From positions 113,586,001 to 113,650,000 of the forward strand of contig NC_087437.1 in assembly GCF_036321535.1 (NCBI RefSeq): DNA of 64,000 nucleotides. The letters run 5' to 3'. Of this stretch, positions 1 to 12,614 are shown in pieces (positions within the stretch are counted from its first letter, which is position 1; every line of letters begins with the position of its first letter). Below the pieces are notes generated by a model, which had not been told where the DNA came from, did not search any database, and was given only the letters and a program-made list of their open reading frames with translations. This stretch comes from Camelus dromedarius (Eukaryota). The position numbers were made by a program, and so were the translations under genes.

Positions 1-574
1 TTAATAATTCACATGGCAGCTTTGTAGGGGTACTCTTAACTGCTTCTTAAAAGTAATTAATTGATTTTCTGACATCTCAGTTAACAGTGTATTCCACTGA
101 TACAAAGTTGTGTTTAGGTTCTTGATTGGGCCGGAGGTTGGCATGGATTAAATTCAACCCAGAGTTTAGCTTCGGAGACTCTAAAAATATGCCTCTATAA
201 AAGGAAAGGCTTTTTACACGGAGCGTTGTCTCAAAATCTAAACCATATGTCCGTTTTGGGCCTGTCAGTGGGGTAAAATATATATTCAAGTGTGTGTAGC
301 TGCTCAGACGTCGAACATTCAAGAGGCATGAAATAACCTCCTGTTACTCGGTACGCTCAAGGCTCTGGATGAACACTTGCCCAGACTCTGCCAAGGGAAT
401 TCCCTCCCAGTTGGTGTATCACAGGGGGAACTCCTTCGAAACATGCAGAAGGCAGACGAGCTCTGCCCTTGGAGTGGTCGTCCGTCTCCTGGCTGAGTTT
501 GCAGGCTCCCTTGTGCTGCCCGTGATGGAGGAATTATCCACAGGGACGAGTCCCATCAACCATGCAGGCTTGAT

Positions 575-670
575 TAATGGGGACACTGGGACACAGACGA
601 GTTAAGTGGCTTGCCCTGGGTCACCCAGTGAGTCAGTGAAGTGCTGGAAACAAGGACTTCTGACATCTTG
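575..670 (-). mobile_element. MIR SINE fragment
   Basis: gacacagacgagttaagtggcttgccctgggtcacccag resembles the reverse complement of the MIR core. Confidence 0.7.
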
Positions 671-1334
671 GTCTCTGCAGGGATTCATGTGACCCGAGTC
701 TGCAATGAGGATGGTGGAATATTAAGAGCGTGACACCTGCCAGAAAGTCGCAGGGTGCACCTGAGCACTGGCTGTGCCCATGACGTGAAACTCCTTAGAG
801 GACACTTCCAGGGAACCCGGGCTTCTTCTCCGTCCCTGAAGCTGCTGCCACGTGCAGGGCTCCAGGCAGGCACGGCTCCTGGTCTCTCTCTTCCCCTCAC
901 TGGGTGGGGTGGTGGGTCAGGGAGAAGGTGGTGGTGGCTCTGGGAACCTAGTCCCCTCCCTGTCTCCTCGGGGGACTGGGGGCTGCAGGAGGCAACCATT
1001 CAGGCCAGTGTCTTCTTGTAGTGTGTTTTTCAGGCTCAGCACCGGTTCACGGGGCCTGAGACGGAGGAAGTCTATTGAATTTTGAGTGCGGTGTTGGGGG
1101 CCCATTGTTGCCGCATGTCTAAGCTTCATTCTGCAATCTGGCTTTGAGCAGCAGTAGAGCTGGCCTTTGGCCTTGCGTATGGCCCCCTCCTTTTTGTCTG
1201 TCACGTAATTGATTCAGGAAGGCTGCCATTTATTGGATGTGCTTCCATCTTCAGCCTCCACAGAGATCTGAGCATAATGCCGGGACACGTGGTAACAGGA
1301 GAACAAACCCACTTAAACCTGACGTACACAGAGC

Positions 1335-1520
1335 TGAGCCTGGCTTCCTGGCGGTGTTACTTCCCTTGGGCTGGCCCATGAATCTCTTTCCTGAATTATA
1401 GAACGGGGACAATTCTTCCTTTATACCTCTGTTATGAGGATCAGATGAAATATCCTATAAGACAAATGTTCGACTGTGCTGAGCCTATCTGCTCTCCAAT
1501 CAATGGGACTTGAACTATTT
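1335..1520 (+). mobile_element. MIR SINE fragment, highly diverged
   Basis: cccttgggc...gttatgaggatcagatgaaatat follows the MIR core and 3' region. Confidence 0.55.
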
Positions 1521-3169
1521 TCTATTGTGAAATACCAGGAAAGGGACGCATAAAAGTATTTTAAAACCTTGAAACATTTCCATATCATGGTATTTTACTT
1601 TTTATTAATCTGAGAACATCTTAAGTTCTGATTGAGTCTTATAAGGAAGAAAATTTAATAGAAGAATAAAGGACCATGAGAGAAGAGAGTGGACCTTTTA
1701 AGAGGAGAGAGATGGGTAAGAAACGCCTCACAGGTCAAGTTAAGATCATCGCCGGTCAGGTCCTGCTGAGAATGGTCCTTGTACTTGACATTCCTTTGGT
1801 AATTATTCGATTTATTCCTTCCTCCTTGCTAAGCCCATCCCAAGTGGATGTAAAAACTCATATTCATTTCACCTGCTTTGATCGCATAGAATGGTGGTTG
1901 TGGTGAGCCACAAAGGAGAAAAGCATTTCAAAATCAGCGCAGAAGAATTATATGCAAATACAAAAGGTTCGTCCTGACAGTCACGTGACACTCTGTTTTG
2001 ATGGTGTCTATTACCATGTTTGTTACTCCTTGGCAAAGTGCAAGGTGTTGTCAGACTAGAGAAATAAGAGTGAGAGATCCATCATGTTCGGATGACTCAT
2101 TTCAGAATTATCTTCAAATTTTAACACTTGCAAATTCCATTTTTTCCTAGGTCAACCTTATTTTGCTGACATGGAGAGCAAAAATTAACATTATAAACAT
2201 ATGAAAAATGTATCCTCAGGGGCCTGAAGCGTTGAACATCAGTAGCCTCTTCACATCCTTAGTCCTGGGATGTGAAAAGCTTTTACCCTGAGACTTAAGT
2301 TGTCTTCTTTGTTCTTTAAGTATGGTAACAGGAGATCCAAGCAGATTCAATAATGCATATTCTGAAAATTATTCAGGTTCAAGAGTAGAAGAGTTTTTTG
2401 TAGGTGGTGTGGGAAAGGGACATCAATTATTTACCGTGGCTCTAGAGACGGAGGAAAGTCTCGAGATTTTGCTGAAGTCACTGATTGATTTTCTGACACA
2501 TCAAGTGAAATGAAACTTCAGTGGCCTGTTGGTATTACACGACAGACACACCATCTCCTGTTTAATACAAAGCTGCATTTCTCGGACTAGAAGTTTGTGT
2601 CTCAGGGTGGGGGAAAGGTGGGGATTTCTGCTACTTTAGAATTAATACAACGTATAGCGTTCTTGAAGCAATCAACCAACTATGAATTCCATAATCAATT
2701 AATGTAATGCAAGTACTTCCCATGTGCAAAGACCTGGCTGGAGCAGTCTCAGGGAGTGAGAGCTTCTGAAGGCGTGGCCCCAAGCCTCACCCAATGCACA
2801 GTCCAGAAGGAGTGGCTGTTTGGTCACCAAATACTGACAGCTTGATGTGGAATATAATGAATGTGACAGTGGAGGTAAAAACCAAGAGTCACAGGAGCAC
2901 AGGAAAGGGAAGAAATGAGCTCCATCTGGAAGGGCTGGGGACGCTCTGAGGAAGAGATGGGGAGGGCACTGAGTCTGGAGGGAGCGCAGGGCTTGGGAGG
3001 AGAATTTAAGATAGCTCATAGGACATGAGTATGGGAAGAAAGAAGCCCAAGGGATGTGACGGGTGTTGGGTAGCGCACCCTGGGCTGGGGAAGAGACAGC
3101 CGAGGAGATACATGTGGCTGCAGAGAGGCCAGCCCCAGTAAGGGGCCATATCTGATGGCACTTATCATG

Positions 3170-3335
3170 GGCCAGAGTCCCACATGTGTATGGTCTAGTT
3201 TTATGCTCACCACAACCTTTTGAAAAAAGGCACCATCAGTACAATAGCAGGTTTATAGAAAGTGACTAATACCCAAGGCCACCCAGACAGTAAGTGGCAG
3301 AGCCAGGACCTGGACTCAAGACCGTTGATGGCCAA
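3170..3335 (-). mobile_element. MIR SINE fragment
   Basis: cccaaggccacccagacagtaagtggcagagccaggacctggactcaag. Confidence 0.7.
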
Positions 3336-3439
3336 GCCCCAGCTTGGGGTGCATGCTGTTCCCTGTACAACGCGAAGCCCCATAACCATGTCTATCACTA
3401 AGGGGTTTGAAGAGAAACATTCTGAGTCCAATTCCAAAG

Positions 3440-4226
3440 CATGTATGGAGGGTTTCCCCTGCACATGCTCTGACACCAGCTGGGTGTCCTACGAGTTAAT
3501 CCAATTCTCGCCCTACCTCCCTGGAGACAGTGTCAGATCCCACTGGTCAAGGGCTCAATCCTACCAGACCGGCCCCTCCCTCCCACACTTCAGATGTCAA
3601 AAGCAAGTCCAGGTTGTCACCTGTGTTTCTGACTGACCAGCTAGAGACTGGAGGTTCCAACACACACCTTCTTGGGATTGGCTAATTTGCTAGAATTACT
3701 CACAGAACTCAGAGAAACACTTTACTTATTAGAGAACTGGTTTAATGATAAAAGGATGTAACTTGGGAACAGCTAGACAGAAGAGATGCGTAGGGTAAAG
3801 TATAGGGAAAGGGCACAGAGCTTCCCTGCCCTTGTTTAGCACACCAGCATGCCACTCTCCTCACCGCTGTGTGTTACCAACCCAGAATTTCTCCCAACCT
3901 GTCTTTCAGGGTTTTATGGGGGCTTTACTACATAGGCATGGCTGATTAAATCATCGGCCATTGGGAAGTGAACTCAATCTCCAGCCCTTTTCCCCTCCCC
4001 AGAGGCTAGGGATGAGACTGACAGTTCCAAACCTCGAAGCACACCATGGATTCTCCTGGCAACAGTCCCCACCCTTAGGTGCAGTCTCAAAGTCACCTTA
4101 TTAATATAACAAGAGACACGTTTGTCACTCTCATCATAGGAAATTCCAATGGTTTTAGGAGCTCTGGGTCAGAAACAGGGACAAAGGTCAAATATATTAT
4201 TTCTTCTTATAAATCACAGTAGCACA
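3440..4226 (-). mobile_element. Solo LTR, MER21-like
   Basis: Hallmark blocks gacaccagctgggtgtcct, cagatcccac, taatttgctagaattactcacagaactcagagaaacac; ends in ttataaatcacagtagcaca, the reverse complement of a TGTG...-type LTR start. Confidence 0.8.
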
Positions 4227-5489
4227 GGAGACTTTTTCCCAAGGGCAGTTGGACATTATAGGGGCATCACAGCCCTAAGCACAGCCATGCTTCAGGGAGA
4301 GCGTCAGGAATCAGTGAGAAGGATGAATTTGAGGGTCAGGATTGTAAGCCCACAGACTAGTCAGGAGCTAGGACATTGGTCTTGGTGAGGGGGCTGTGGC
4401 AGCCATGGAAAGAGAAGCCAAATGGAGAAAAGAGGATGGAATAGAAGACTGAGAACTTTGGAACAAGACGTTGAGATGGGGCTAGGGCACAGGTAAAGAG
4501 GTCCAGGTCTTTAGTCTTGATGACGAGGAGACTGAAAGAACCCACATTATGAATCATTCAGTAGCTCTCAGCTGAACTCAAAGAAGTAGAATTCTATGTA
4601 AGCATTCTACCTTCTCATCCTAAATGACTGAGTATTTGATTCTTAGGCAGAAAACGATGTTGGACAGAGTCTTAATGCTAACTCAAATCAAGGATGCCTC
4701 TATACCAGGTGAGAAATGTTATGAAATAATGGCATCCCCGATATTTCTTTCTTTCCAGAAATACCTCAAAGAAGACAGATAGATAAAAAGGTAGGCAGAC
4801 CAAAGAAATGAGAGAGACAATCTGGTCTGTTTAAGCCCTCGTGAAAGTGCTGAAATGAATGGGGAGCTTGGCAGCTACAAAAGACAAGTCAATTACCACC
4901 ACTAGAACTTGGAATTGATTTGTAAGATGGCTCAACAGGACCCCAGACCATAAACAGAAGAACATGAGATGGTTATAAGTTCTTGGCCTTTGCCCAAGTT
5001 ACGATGCTATGCAAGATCAGGCTGATCTGAGAATCATAGTCAATAATCTGAGTGTTTCCCTTGTGGATGCCCAGGAGATGGAAAATACGGGAGATGGGAT
5101 GCTGACCTTTCACCTTGAAAACCTCTTGGGGACATTTCCTGACATAGGTCTAAGACAACTTGTCCTCTGGCCTCTGAGTTGAAAAAGTCTGTCCGATCAC
5201 CAGGATTGCCAGATTAACATTTCCACTCAGTGACGTGGTTATTCCCAGCTGCCAGGGATACGTGGAAAGATCTATGTTTATCAGATTATTTTTAAATTTT
5301 TTGCTTTTTTAATATAATATAAAAGGCTCTCTTATGGATGCCTTGATTTTATTCTTTTTGGGGAAGAAATATCATGGCTTTATAATCAAGAGGGCAGTAC
5401 TATAAATTTTTCACAAATGTAATAAATTACATAAAATAAAATGCATAAAAATACATGTAAAATAAGAAGTATTTTGAGATATACTGTAA

Positions 5490-5727
5490 TATTTAATATA
5501 TGCCAGATGCTGTTGCGATATACTAATTCACTAAACTAATACATCAGTTGCTTTCACGTCAGTGCTATGAGGTAGGTATTATTGCTGTCATCTGTATATT
5601 TATGAGGAAACTGAGGCACAGAGCTACTGAGTAACTTGCCTAAGGTCACAGCTAGCAGAGCTGGGATTTGAACCTAGACACTGTGGCTTCAGAGCACATG
5701 CTGTTACTCAGTGTCCTAAACTGCCTG
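5490..5727 (-). mobile_element. MIR SINE, near full length
   Basis: atgaggaaactgaggcacagag...gtaacttgcctaaggtcacagctagcagagctgggatttgaacctag. Confidence 0.9.
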
Positions 5728-6423
5728 TATTTGATTCCAAATTTGACATGGATTTGCAAGTACAGTTTTTGAAAAGTGATGACCACGGAGAGAAGAGGCT
5801 TCTGAGAGAAGGAAACTCTGATCTAGTAACTGGTGAGAACTCAGCCAGCTAAACTCATTTATGACTGGATTTAACATCTGCACCCTTTTGCTGGAAACCA
5901 GAGAAGGGACCTCCCCAGTTCTTTTGAATTCTTGATCTACTGATCTACTACACTATTTGACCAGTTTTGTAAGGAGCCCCCCCCCCAACCCCTCTGTACA
6001 TGGTTTCACCGGCCGCCTGACCTGTCCTTTGCTTCAGTGGGTCTGGTGGGCTGCCCTCAGCCCTGTGGGGCTTGCTCTCCACCCTGTATCTGCAGGTGCC
6101 CAGCAGAGCCTGACGCTTCTGGGGAAAGTAACGATTGACCAACTTAGCATGGAGATAAAAATACTTCTGTCTTCCTCAGGGTGATCTCCTTATAGAACTG
6201 AAACAAAATTAGATCCAGGAAGTGGAAGATATTTTGGAAACTGACACTTAATAATTGAATATTATTAGATTGAGGTTTTTTCCCTAAACAAGCTTTGTAG
6301 ACGTTTAGGAAAGACTGTTTCAGGTGAACGTTTTTAGAAGTGAATCAAATTGTAAAGACAACGGTCACATCCTGGTCTGTATTAGGGCTATATTTTTGAA
6401 ACATACGTGAGAATTAGATTTAA

Positions 6424-6545
6424 GCATTCATTCATCCAACACATCGTGAAGAGCCGGTGCTCCTGGCCAGGCACTGTTTTTGGAACCTGGATGAGGACCC
6501 TGAATGAAACAGCAAATACTTCTTCTCATGGGAAGCTGAACTTCT
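6424..6545 (-). mobile_element. L2 LINE 3' end fragment
   Basis: cattcattcatccaaca...gccaggcactgtt, the reverse complement of the L2 3' terminus. Confidence 0.65.
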
Positions 6546-7342
6546 AGATTCAGATGGAGACATCTGAATGGATTCAAGTCCCGTGTTTGACACGTGGACC
6601 AAGCAAATGACCACCTTCAAAGTCAAAAATGCTCTTCACTTTTCCATCCTTGGCTTCACGCTATTGGGCCAGTTTGGGAGATTGCCAGCTACTTCCTCCC
6701 AATCTTTTTTACATCTCTTTTTTTAGCATCTCAGCACATTTTATGGCCTCACCCCCAACCCTTCCATAACTGTCTGTTACTTTTCCAGAAAATGACCCAT
6801 TTTCTAATTCCACAACCAAAGTCTTCCCTAAGATACCAGGCTTCACTTCCCTCCTCCCAAAGCAACTTATGGCCAAGGCGTCATGAATGGTGACTGTCTC
6901 GTTTCTGTCCAAAAAGTTGAAGCAAGAATGAAAACACAGAAGGCTCCTGGTATCACCTACAAGACGATAACTCCCCAAACAGAAACACACCAAGACATTT
7001 TCCAATTTCAGACCAAACAGAACAGTCAGTGAAAAATCTACATGAGCATTCCCTCCTTTGTTTCTGATTGATGTCACACACAGTTCCATTCCTGGGGACA
7101 CTGGAAAACATCTTTCGAAGTGAACCTCTGGAGAAGGTCTTAACTCTTTGCAGAGTGAAGACACTATCTAGTTCCTCACCTAAACCTACAATTAAAACCC
7201 TGGGTTCTGAGGCTGTCCCTAATCCCTCTGTGATGCTGGGCTGGGTTGGTGCAGTTACAGACGTGTCCACACGGGCAAATCACACACACGGTAAGGAAGC
7301 CTTTTGTGTAAATACCAGGAGCTACTTAAACATTCTTTTCCC

Positions 7343-7830
7343 TTTTTAAATTGTGGTAAACTATACATAACGTGCAATTTACCATTTCAACCATTTTAAG
7401 TGTTCAATTCTGTGGGATTAAGTACGGTCACGCTGTTGTGTAGCCTCCATCTCTAGAAATTTTTTGTCTTCCCAGATTGAAACTCTGTACCCATTAAACC
7501 CTAACTTTCCACCCCTCCATCCTCCCAGCCCCTGGCAACCACCATTCTGGGTTATGTCTCTACGAATTTGACTACTCTAGGTACCTCATATAAGTGGGGT
7601 GCTACAACATTTGTCCTTTTGTGACGAGCTTATTTCCCCTAGCATAATGCCTTTAAAGTTCATCCACGTCTTAGCATGAGTCAGAATGTCTTTCCCTTTT
7701 AAGGCTGAATAATATATTGTATGGTTAGACCGCATTTTGTTTACCTATTCAGTGGTCGATGAACACTTGGGTTCCTTCCACCTCTTGGCTATTGTGACTA
7801 ATGTCGCTATGAATATGAGTGTAGACATGT
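7343..7830 (-). mobile_element. L1MB-type LINE-1 3' end
   Basis: tttttaaattgtggtaaa...accattttaagtg...cccagcccctggcaaccaccattct...tttgactactctaggtacctcatataagt...ttggctattgtgactaatg. Confidence 0.9.
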
Positions 7831-7984
7831 AATATTCTTTTTCACTCTCTTGACAGATTTTTAAAAAGGTGACAGACTCAACTATGACCACACCCTTTCG
7901 AAAAATTAAGTTGACCTTTTTTGGTCCATCTGTGACTGAAAAAAGTTCAACTTATTTTTTCTTGAATACTTTTTACCCTTTAGA

Positions 7985-8460
7985 TAGACTGATTCATTTG
8001 TTGGGCAAATGCCTGCTGTGTATAAGCACTATGCGAGAACTTGGGAATTCCAATAGGTAATGGGAGTGGTTCCTGCTTTTATTTTTTTAATTTTTATTGA
8101 AGCTTAGTTGATTTACAATATTAGTTTCAGGTGTACAGCAAAGTGATTCAGTTATACATATACATACATATGTATATTTTCTTTCCAGATTCTTTTCCAT
8201 TATATATTATTACAATAAATTGAATATAGTTCCCTGTGCTATACAGTAGGTCCCTGTTGTTTATCTATTTTATATACAATAAGGTATATCTGTTAATCCC
8301 CAACCCCTAATTTATCCCTTTCCGCCCTTTCCCCTTTGGTAACCATAGTTTGTTCTCTATGTCCGGTTCCTGCTTTTAAAGAAGACAGATCTGTAAGTGA
8401 GGGGTTAGGCTGGTGCTCTGTGTGTCTTCAGCAAGGTGTGCACTGGCTAGAAAGGAGGGG
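7985..8460 (-). mobile_element. L2 fragment interrupted by an L1 insertion
   Basis: gattcatttgttgggcaaatgcctgctgtgtataagcactatgc at the left; the sequence resumes after the L1 TSD. Confidence 0.5.
8082..8364 (-). mobile_element. 5'-truncated lineage-specific L1 (3'UTR only) with a 14-bp TSD
   Basis: tttattgaagcttagttgatttacaat...tttcaggtgtacagcaaagtgattcagtt; perfect TSD ggttcctgctttta at 8068-8081 and 8365-8378. Confidence 0.93.
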
Positions 8461-8559
8461 AGTGCAATTGTGCTCTGTTCGCCCTTGATGGTCAGGGGAG
8501 GTTGTGAGTGGTTGTGATACTAGATCTAAAGGAGGAGCCCATGAGATGTGCTGTCCCTG

Positions 8560-8740
8560 GGCCAGGTACTTGGCAAGTATTGTTTGGTGCAATTCTCTCA
8601 ATAGTTTTATGAGGTGGGTGCTTTATTGCTCCTATATTACAGATAAAGGATCCAGGCTTAGAAAGATTAAGTAACTGGCCCAAGGTCACACACCTAGTAA
8701 GAAGCACAGCCCTTTATAGCTCTAAACCACTCTGCTATAA
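8560..8740 (-). mobile_element. MIR SINE
   Basis: ttacagataaaggatccaggcttagaaagattaagtaactggcccaaggtcacacacctagtaag. Confidence 0.85.
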
Positions 8741-9129
8741 GGTCTTCCATACAGGAAGTGACTCTGTAACGTGGGCGGGGCGAGGAGGGTGAAGGGCATC
8801 CCAGGAAGAGGAAACAGTGAGCTGGATGCATGGACTAATGAAGGAGCATGGAGGAATTAGAGAACGAAAAAAGCATCCTTTCCAAGTAAATTAAAAAGCA
8901 ATTGTCTGCTGGTACCCTCAGTGTTTAGGCTCGGAGAGGAGCCCTTTGTCTCCACATCTCTCCCTCAGAGTCCTGAGTAGGATGGCACCTGTGGCATCTG
9001 GAGAAATCAGACAGTAGGAAACCACAGGACATTTTCTGCCCAGTCTGGGTCTCTGCTGCTTGGAAGCTTCTGGTATAAATAGATGGAAAACATCAAAATA
9101 ATTTTTACTGAATAAATCTGTATCCACCA

Positions 9130-9325
9130 TTGATTGACTGCTTGTTCTAAGCCAGGAACTATTCTCAATCCTTCTTATGTATTAGCATTCGAACTCTTCA
9201 CAGCCACCCTTAAATGTAGGTTCTAAGATCTTTCTATTTTATACAAGAAAATAGATCCCAGGGAAGATAAGCAACTTGTTTCTGGTAACACAGCTAGGAA
9301 TGGGCAGGGCCAGGATTTAAAGTAC
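9130..9325 (-). mobile_element. MIR SINE
   Basis: agccaggaactattct...aagcaacttgtttctggtaacacagctaggaatgggcagggccaggatttaa. Confidence 0.7.
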
Positions 9326-10139
9326 ACAGAGGTCCAGAACATTGCAGATGGTCATCGCCAATGTCCTGCTCATGTGTCCAATTCTAAAGGTCAACGTTCT
9401 CTCCCTAGCAGGATGCACTGAGGTTCTGGAAACACCCTCCCTGAGACCACAGACCCCTGGCCATTAGGACAGGTGGCCGTACAGCTCAGGGTGCCCAGAA
9501 AGTAAAGTGAAGATCCACACCCAGGGGCTGTTGATTCCCTTCCATCCAGTGCAGCAGCAAAGAAGGAATACCTATATTTAAATTGCTGTCTTTAAGAGGC
9601 AGGCTGTCCCTGTCTGATAGCTTGCTGGTTTCCATTTCTTTCCAGTTCACAGCTGGACTCATGAAGAAACTAAGTGGTGCTGAGCTGGGTCCTGTTTGCC
9701 CCAAATGGTGGTTGTGTTTATTTTCAAGTCCTGATATCATGGAAACCTGTGGCACATTTCTAAAGAGTCAGAACGTGATCTCAAACACAATTCTAATTAA
9801 AATCGTTACTAAAAAAACACACACGAAAAACTCCAACCCCCTCCCACCTAATTGTTCACTTTATAAAACCTAGAAGCCTCATGGGAATTCAGAGTACTCA
9901 CGTGCAGAACGGAGCTCATGGCCATCCCCCATACCCACTGTGCCGCCCACAGCCCCCATTTCTGTGAACTGCAGTTCTGTCACCCGTCATTCAAGGGAGA
10001 AATCTCAACTCTTTCGTTCCCAACACCGCAGTCCTGTCAGTGTCACCTCCTCATGGTTGGTTCATTTCGTTTCCTCCTTCCTGCCCGCCACATTCCTTCC
10101 CCTGCCCACGTATCTCTAGAGTTTGCTTAGGATATTCCC

Positions 10140-10810
10140 TACATCAGGCCTTGACCCCAGCTTTCTACGTTCCATGCTGCTGTTGAACCATGTCTTTTAT
10201 ATTCAAATTGGAACACAGAAACGCATTTCCCTTCTGGAAAACTGTCTATAGTCGCCACCATCTGAGGCTCTGCTCAGTGGGCCTCTGTCCATGTCTCCTG
10301 CCTTCCTCCTCTTAAATCTAATGCTCTGATTGTATTGACTCTTTTGTGTTTTCCCAGCACGTCAGGCCATTTCACAAGTCAGGGCCTTCACTCACACAGG
10401 GAACCCATCCTCCTCCCCATGGTGTGTTTGGCCCCTTCCTTTGTGATGACTCACTTCACAACAGCTCAGTCATCAGCCCATCTACAGGCCTTAGCCCTTT
10501 GCTAGGCTGAAATTAGCCTCATCCCATCATTTTCTGTCCACAAACAATTCAGTTCAACTAAATTTCAGTAAACCTTTGATGACTATTGGCAGTGCCGGCT
10601 CTGTGCTAAGTGCTGGGGATAGAGACGAGAGGGACACAGTTCCTGTCCTTAAGGCCACCGGGCTATTAGTCAATATCTACAAGGTAGCACAGAGTGGGTG
10701 GTGACTGCTCTCCAGGGGTCCAGGATGCCTAGTGTTATGATGTCATGGTCGAGCTTGTGGGAGGATGAATAGGAAACTGATTGTGGGTAGTGGTGATGGT
10801 GGAAACTGAC
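10140..10810. mobile_element. L2 fragments in both orientations
   Basis: Pyrimidine-rich cagggccttcactcac segment, then gtgccggctctgtgctaagtgctggggatagagacg...cagttcctgtcctta. Confidence 0.55.
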
Positions 10811-11219
10811 GAAGAGATATTCTAGCTAAAATAAGCAACCTGTGAACAGGGGCAGTGGTCCAAAAGAAGGTGTCTGAGGGGCTCCCGTGTGGTTTAGCAT
10901 TGCCGAGCAAGTCTCCTGGGTCCTGAGACCAAAGAGGAGGGCAAGAGCCAGTTGGAGAAGTACCTCATTTATTGTGCTAAAAACTTTAAATTTTGTTTCT
11001 TTCCCAGGAATGTCCACTTCTTCCTCCATCCACCTTTCCCACCAAGATCCACCTGAGTGCAATAAAATCCATAAACTCTTTCTAAACTGTCTCATCCTTC
11101 TGGAATAATTCTGTGAATTTCCATTAGCACTGGCGGTTTGAGTCATATACCTGAAAAGTTAATCATCCTGATCTTGTATTGTTCTCTAACTGGATCATGT
11201 GAGTTTTTTGCTTCCTCGG

Positions 11220-11654
11220 TGCTATGGATTGAATATGTTGATGTTCTAACCCCCAGTATTCCTGTGAATGTGACCTTTTTTTTTTGGAAATAGATTATTG
11301 CGCCTATAATGAAGTTAAGAAGTAGGTCGTTAGTATGGGCCCTAGTTCAATATGACTAGTGTCCTCGTAAGAAGAGGAGATGCCATAGGAAGACGCAGAC
11401 ATACAAGACGCTGCATGATGTCAGAGGCAGAGATCAGAGCCGGAAGCCAAGGAACGTCAAGAATTGCTGGTCGCCACCAGAAGCTGGGAAGAAGCGTGGA
11501 AGGGTTCTCCCCTGCAGGTTTCCGAGGAAGTGTGGCCCTGCTGACACCTTGATTTTGGACTTCTGGCCACTTGAACCGTGAGACAGTAAATTTCTGTTAT
11601 TTTAAGACATGCTGTTCATGGTACTTTGTTAAGGTAGCCCAGGAAACTAATATA
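11220..11654 (+). mobile_element. MaLR solo LTR (MLT1B/C-like)
   Basis: Starts tgctatggattgaat; contains caccagaagctgggaaga, tggccctgctgacaccttgattttggacttctggcc; ends gcccaggaaactaatata. Confidence 0.9.
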
Positions 11655-11900
11655 TCCAACTAGACTGTAAGTTCCTTGGAGGCTGAAAATAGATGGGATA
11701 TTTTAGCATCATGACAGCACAGCTCAGAAAGATGACCTTTTTTGACCAATGGTACAGTAAGCGTTTGGAGTGGGGATGGGGTTTATAATGGTCGGAAAAG
11801 TGTAGAGTCAACTGTGTTCCCCACACGCCAGCGCTGTAGCTGGCTTTCCCTGCATCTCATTTTTCCCTGGAAGAGCTGGGCTCCTCCCCGTAAACTTACC

Positions 11901-12614
11901 CTCTTCCGTGGTCATGAAAAGCAAAAGTAAGGGTAGACCTTGCACACAATTATTAACAGAAGTTATCTCTAGAGGGTGAAACTCTGAGTGATTTTCTAGT
12001 TTGTTGGTTTTTTAATGAACATGTATTTCTTTCATAATAAAAGGTACTTTTTAAAAAAAAAAAAGGCAAATGTCTCATGTGCCTAATATGAAAAGACAGC
12101 ACATATTTATTCTTGACTGATTAAATCTGTCAGCATTTTGATCCACAGCAAACACAGACTTGGGTTTTTCTAAAGCTCTTTGGGGCTTCTCATAAAGCAG
12201 GCTTTGGAACAAACGTTTTGAGCAGATCAGGTTAAGGTATGTGGAACAGTCGCTCCAAGAGGGATTTGATATAATGCAGTAAGAACTGAAGATTTAATAG
12301 GGGATTTCTGCCCTAAGCAGAGGAAGAACCAGGTAGATGTTTAGCATTCCTCATATGGAGCCTTTCGCTTTTACTGTTGGGCAGACAGATAAAACTGATG
12401 TTCTCTGAAGACATGGGCACTTTGCGTAGGAAAATCAAAGCCATGCAGCAGAAAACCACAGGGATAGTGAGAGACGCAGGTACAGTCTGTACGGGTTGGC
12501 CCGGCAGTGTAGAAGTTACCTCTAGAGTAACAGAAATGAACTCTAGAGGCAACCTCTGTTAACAACTGTGTGCACAGTGTACCCTAATTTTTGCTTTTCA
12601 GGATTACAGAAGAG
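11901..12614. repeat. Inverted repeat, 74-bp arms (11901-11974 / 12541-12614), about 80% identical
   Basis: Manual alignment of ctcttccgtggtcatgaaaagcaaaagtaagggtagaccttgcacacaattattaacagaagttatctctagag to the reverse complement of 12541-12614 is ungapped with about 14 mismatches. Confidence 0.9.
11915..12065 (+). mobile_element. Old L1 (L1MC/L1ME-type) extreme 3' end with A tail
   Basis: ttaacagaagttatctctagagg...gagtgattttct...aatgaacatgtatttctttcataataaaa followed by poly(A). Confidence 0.6.

Noticed and set aside
4647..4790. Two adjacent exon-like segments (4647-4708, 4759-4790)
   Set aside because: The implied intron is only 50 nt, below the normal mammalian minimum, and the peptides are not recognisable.
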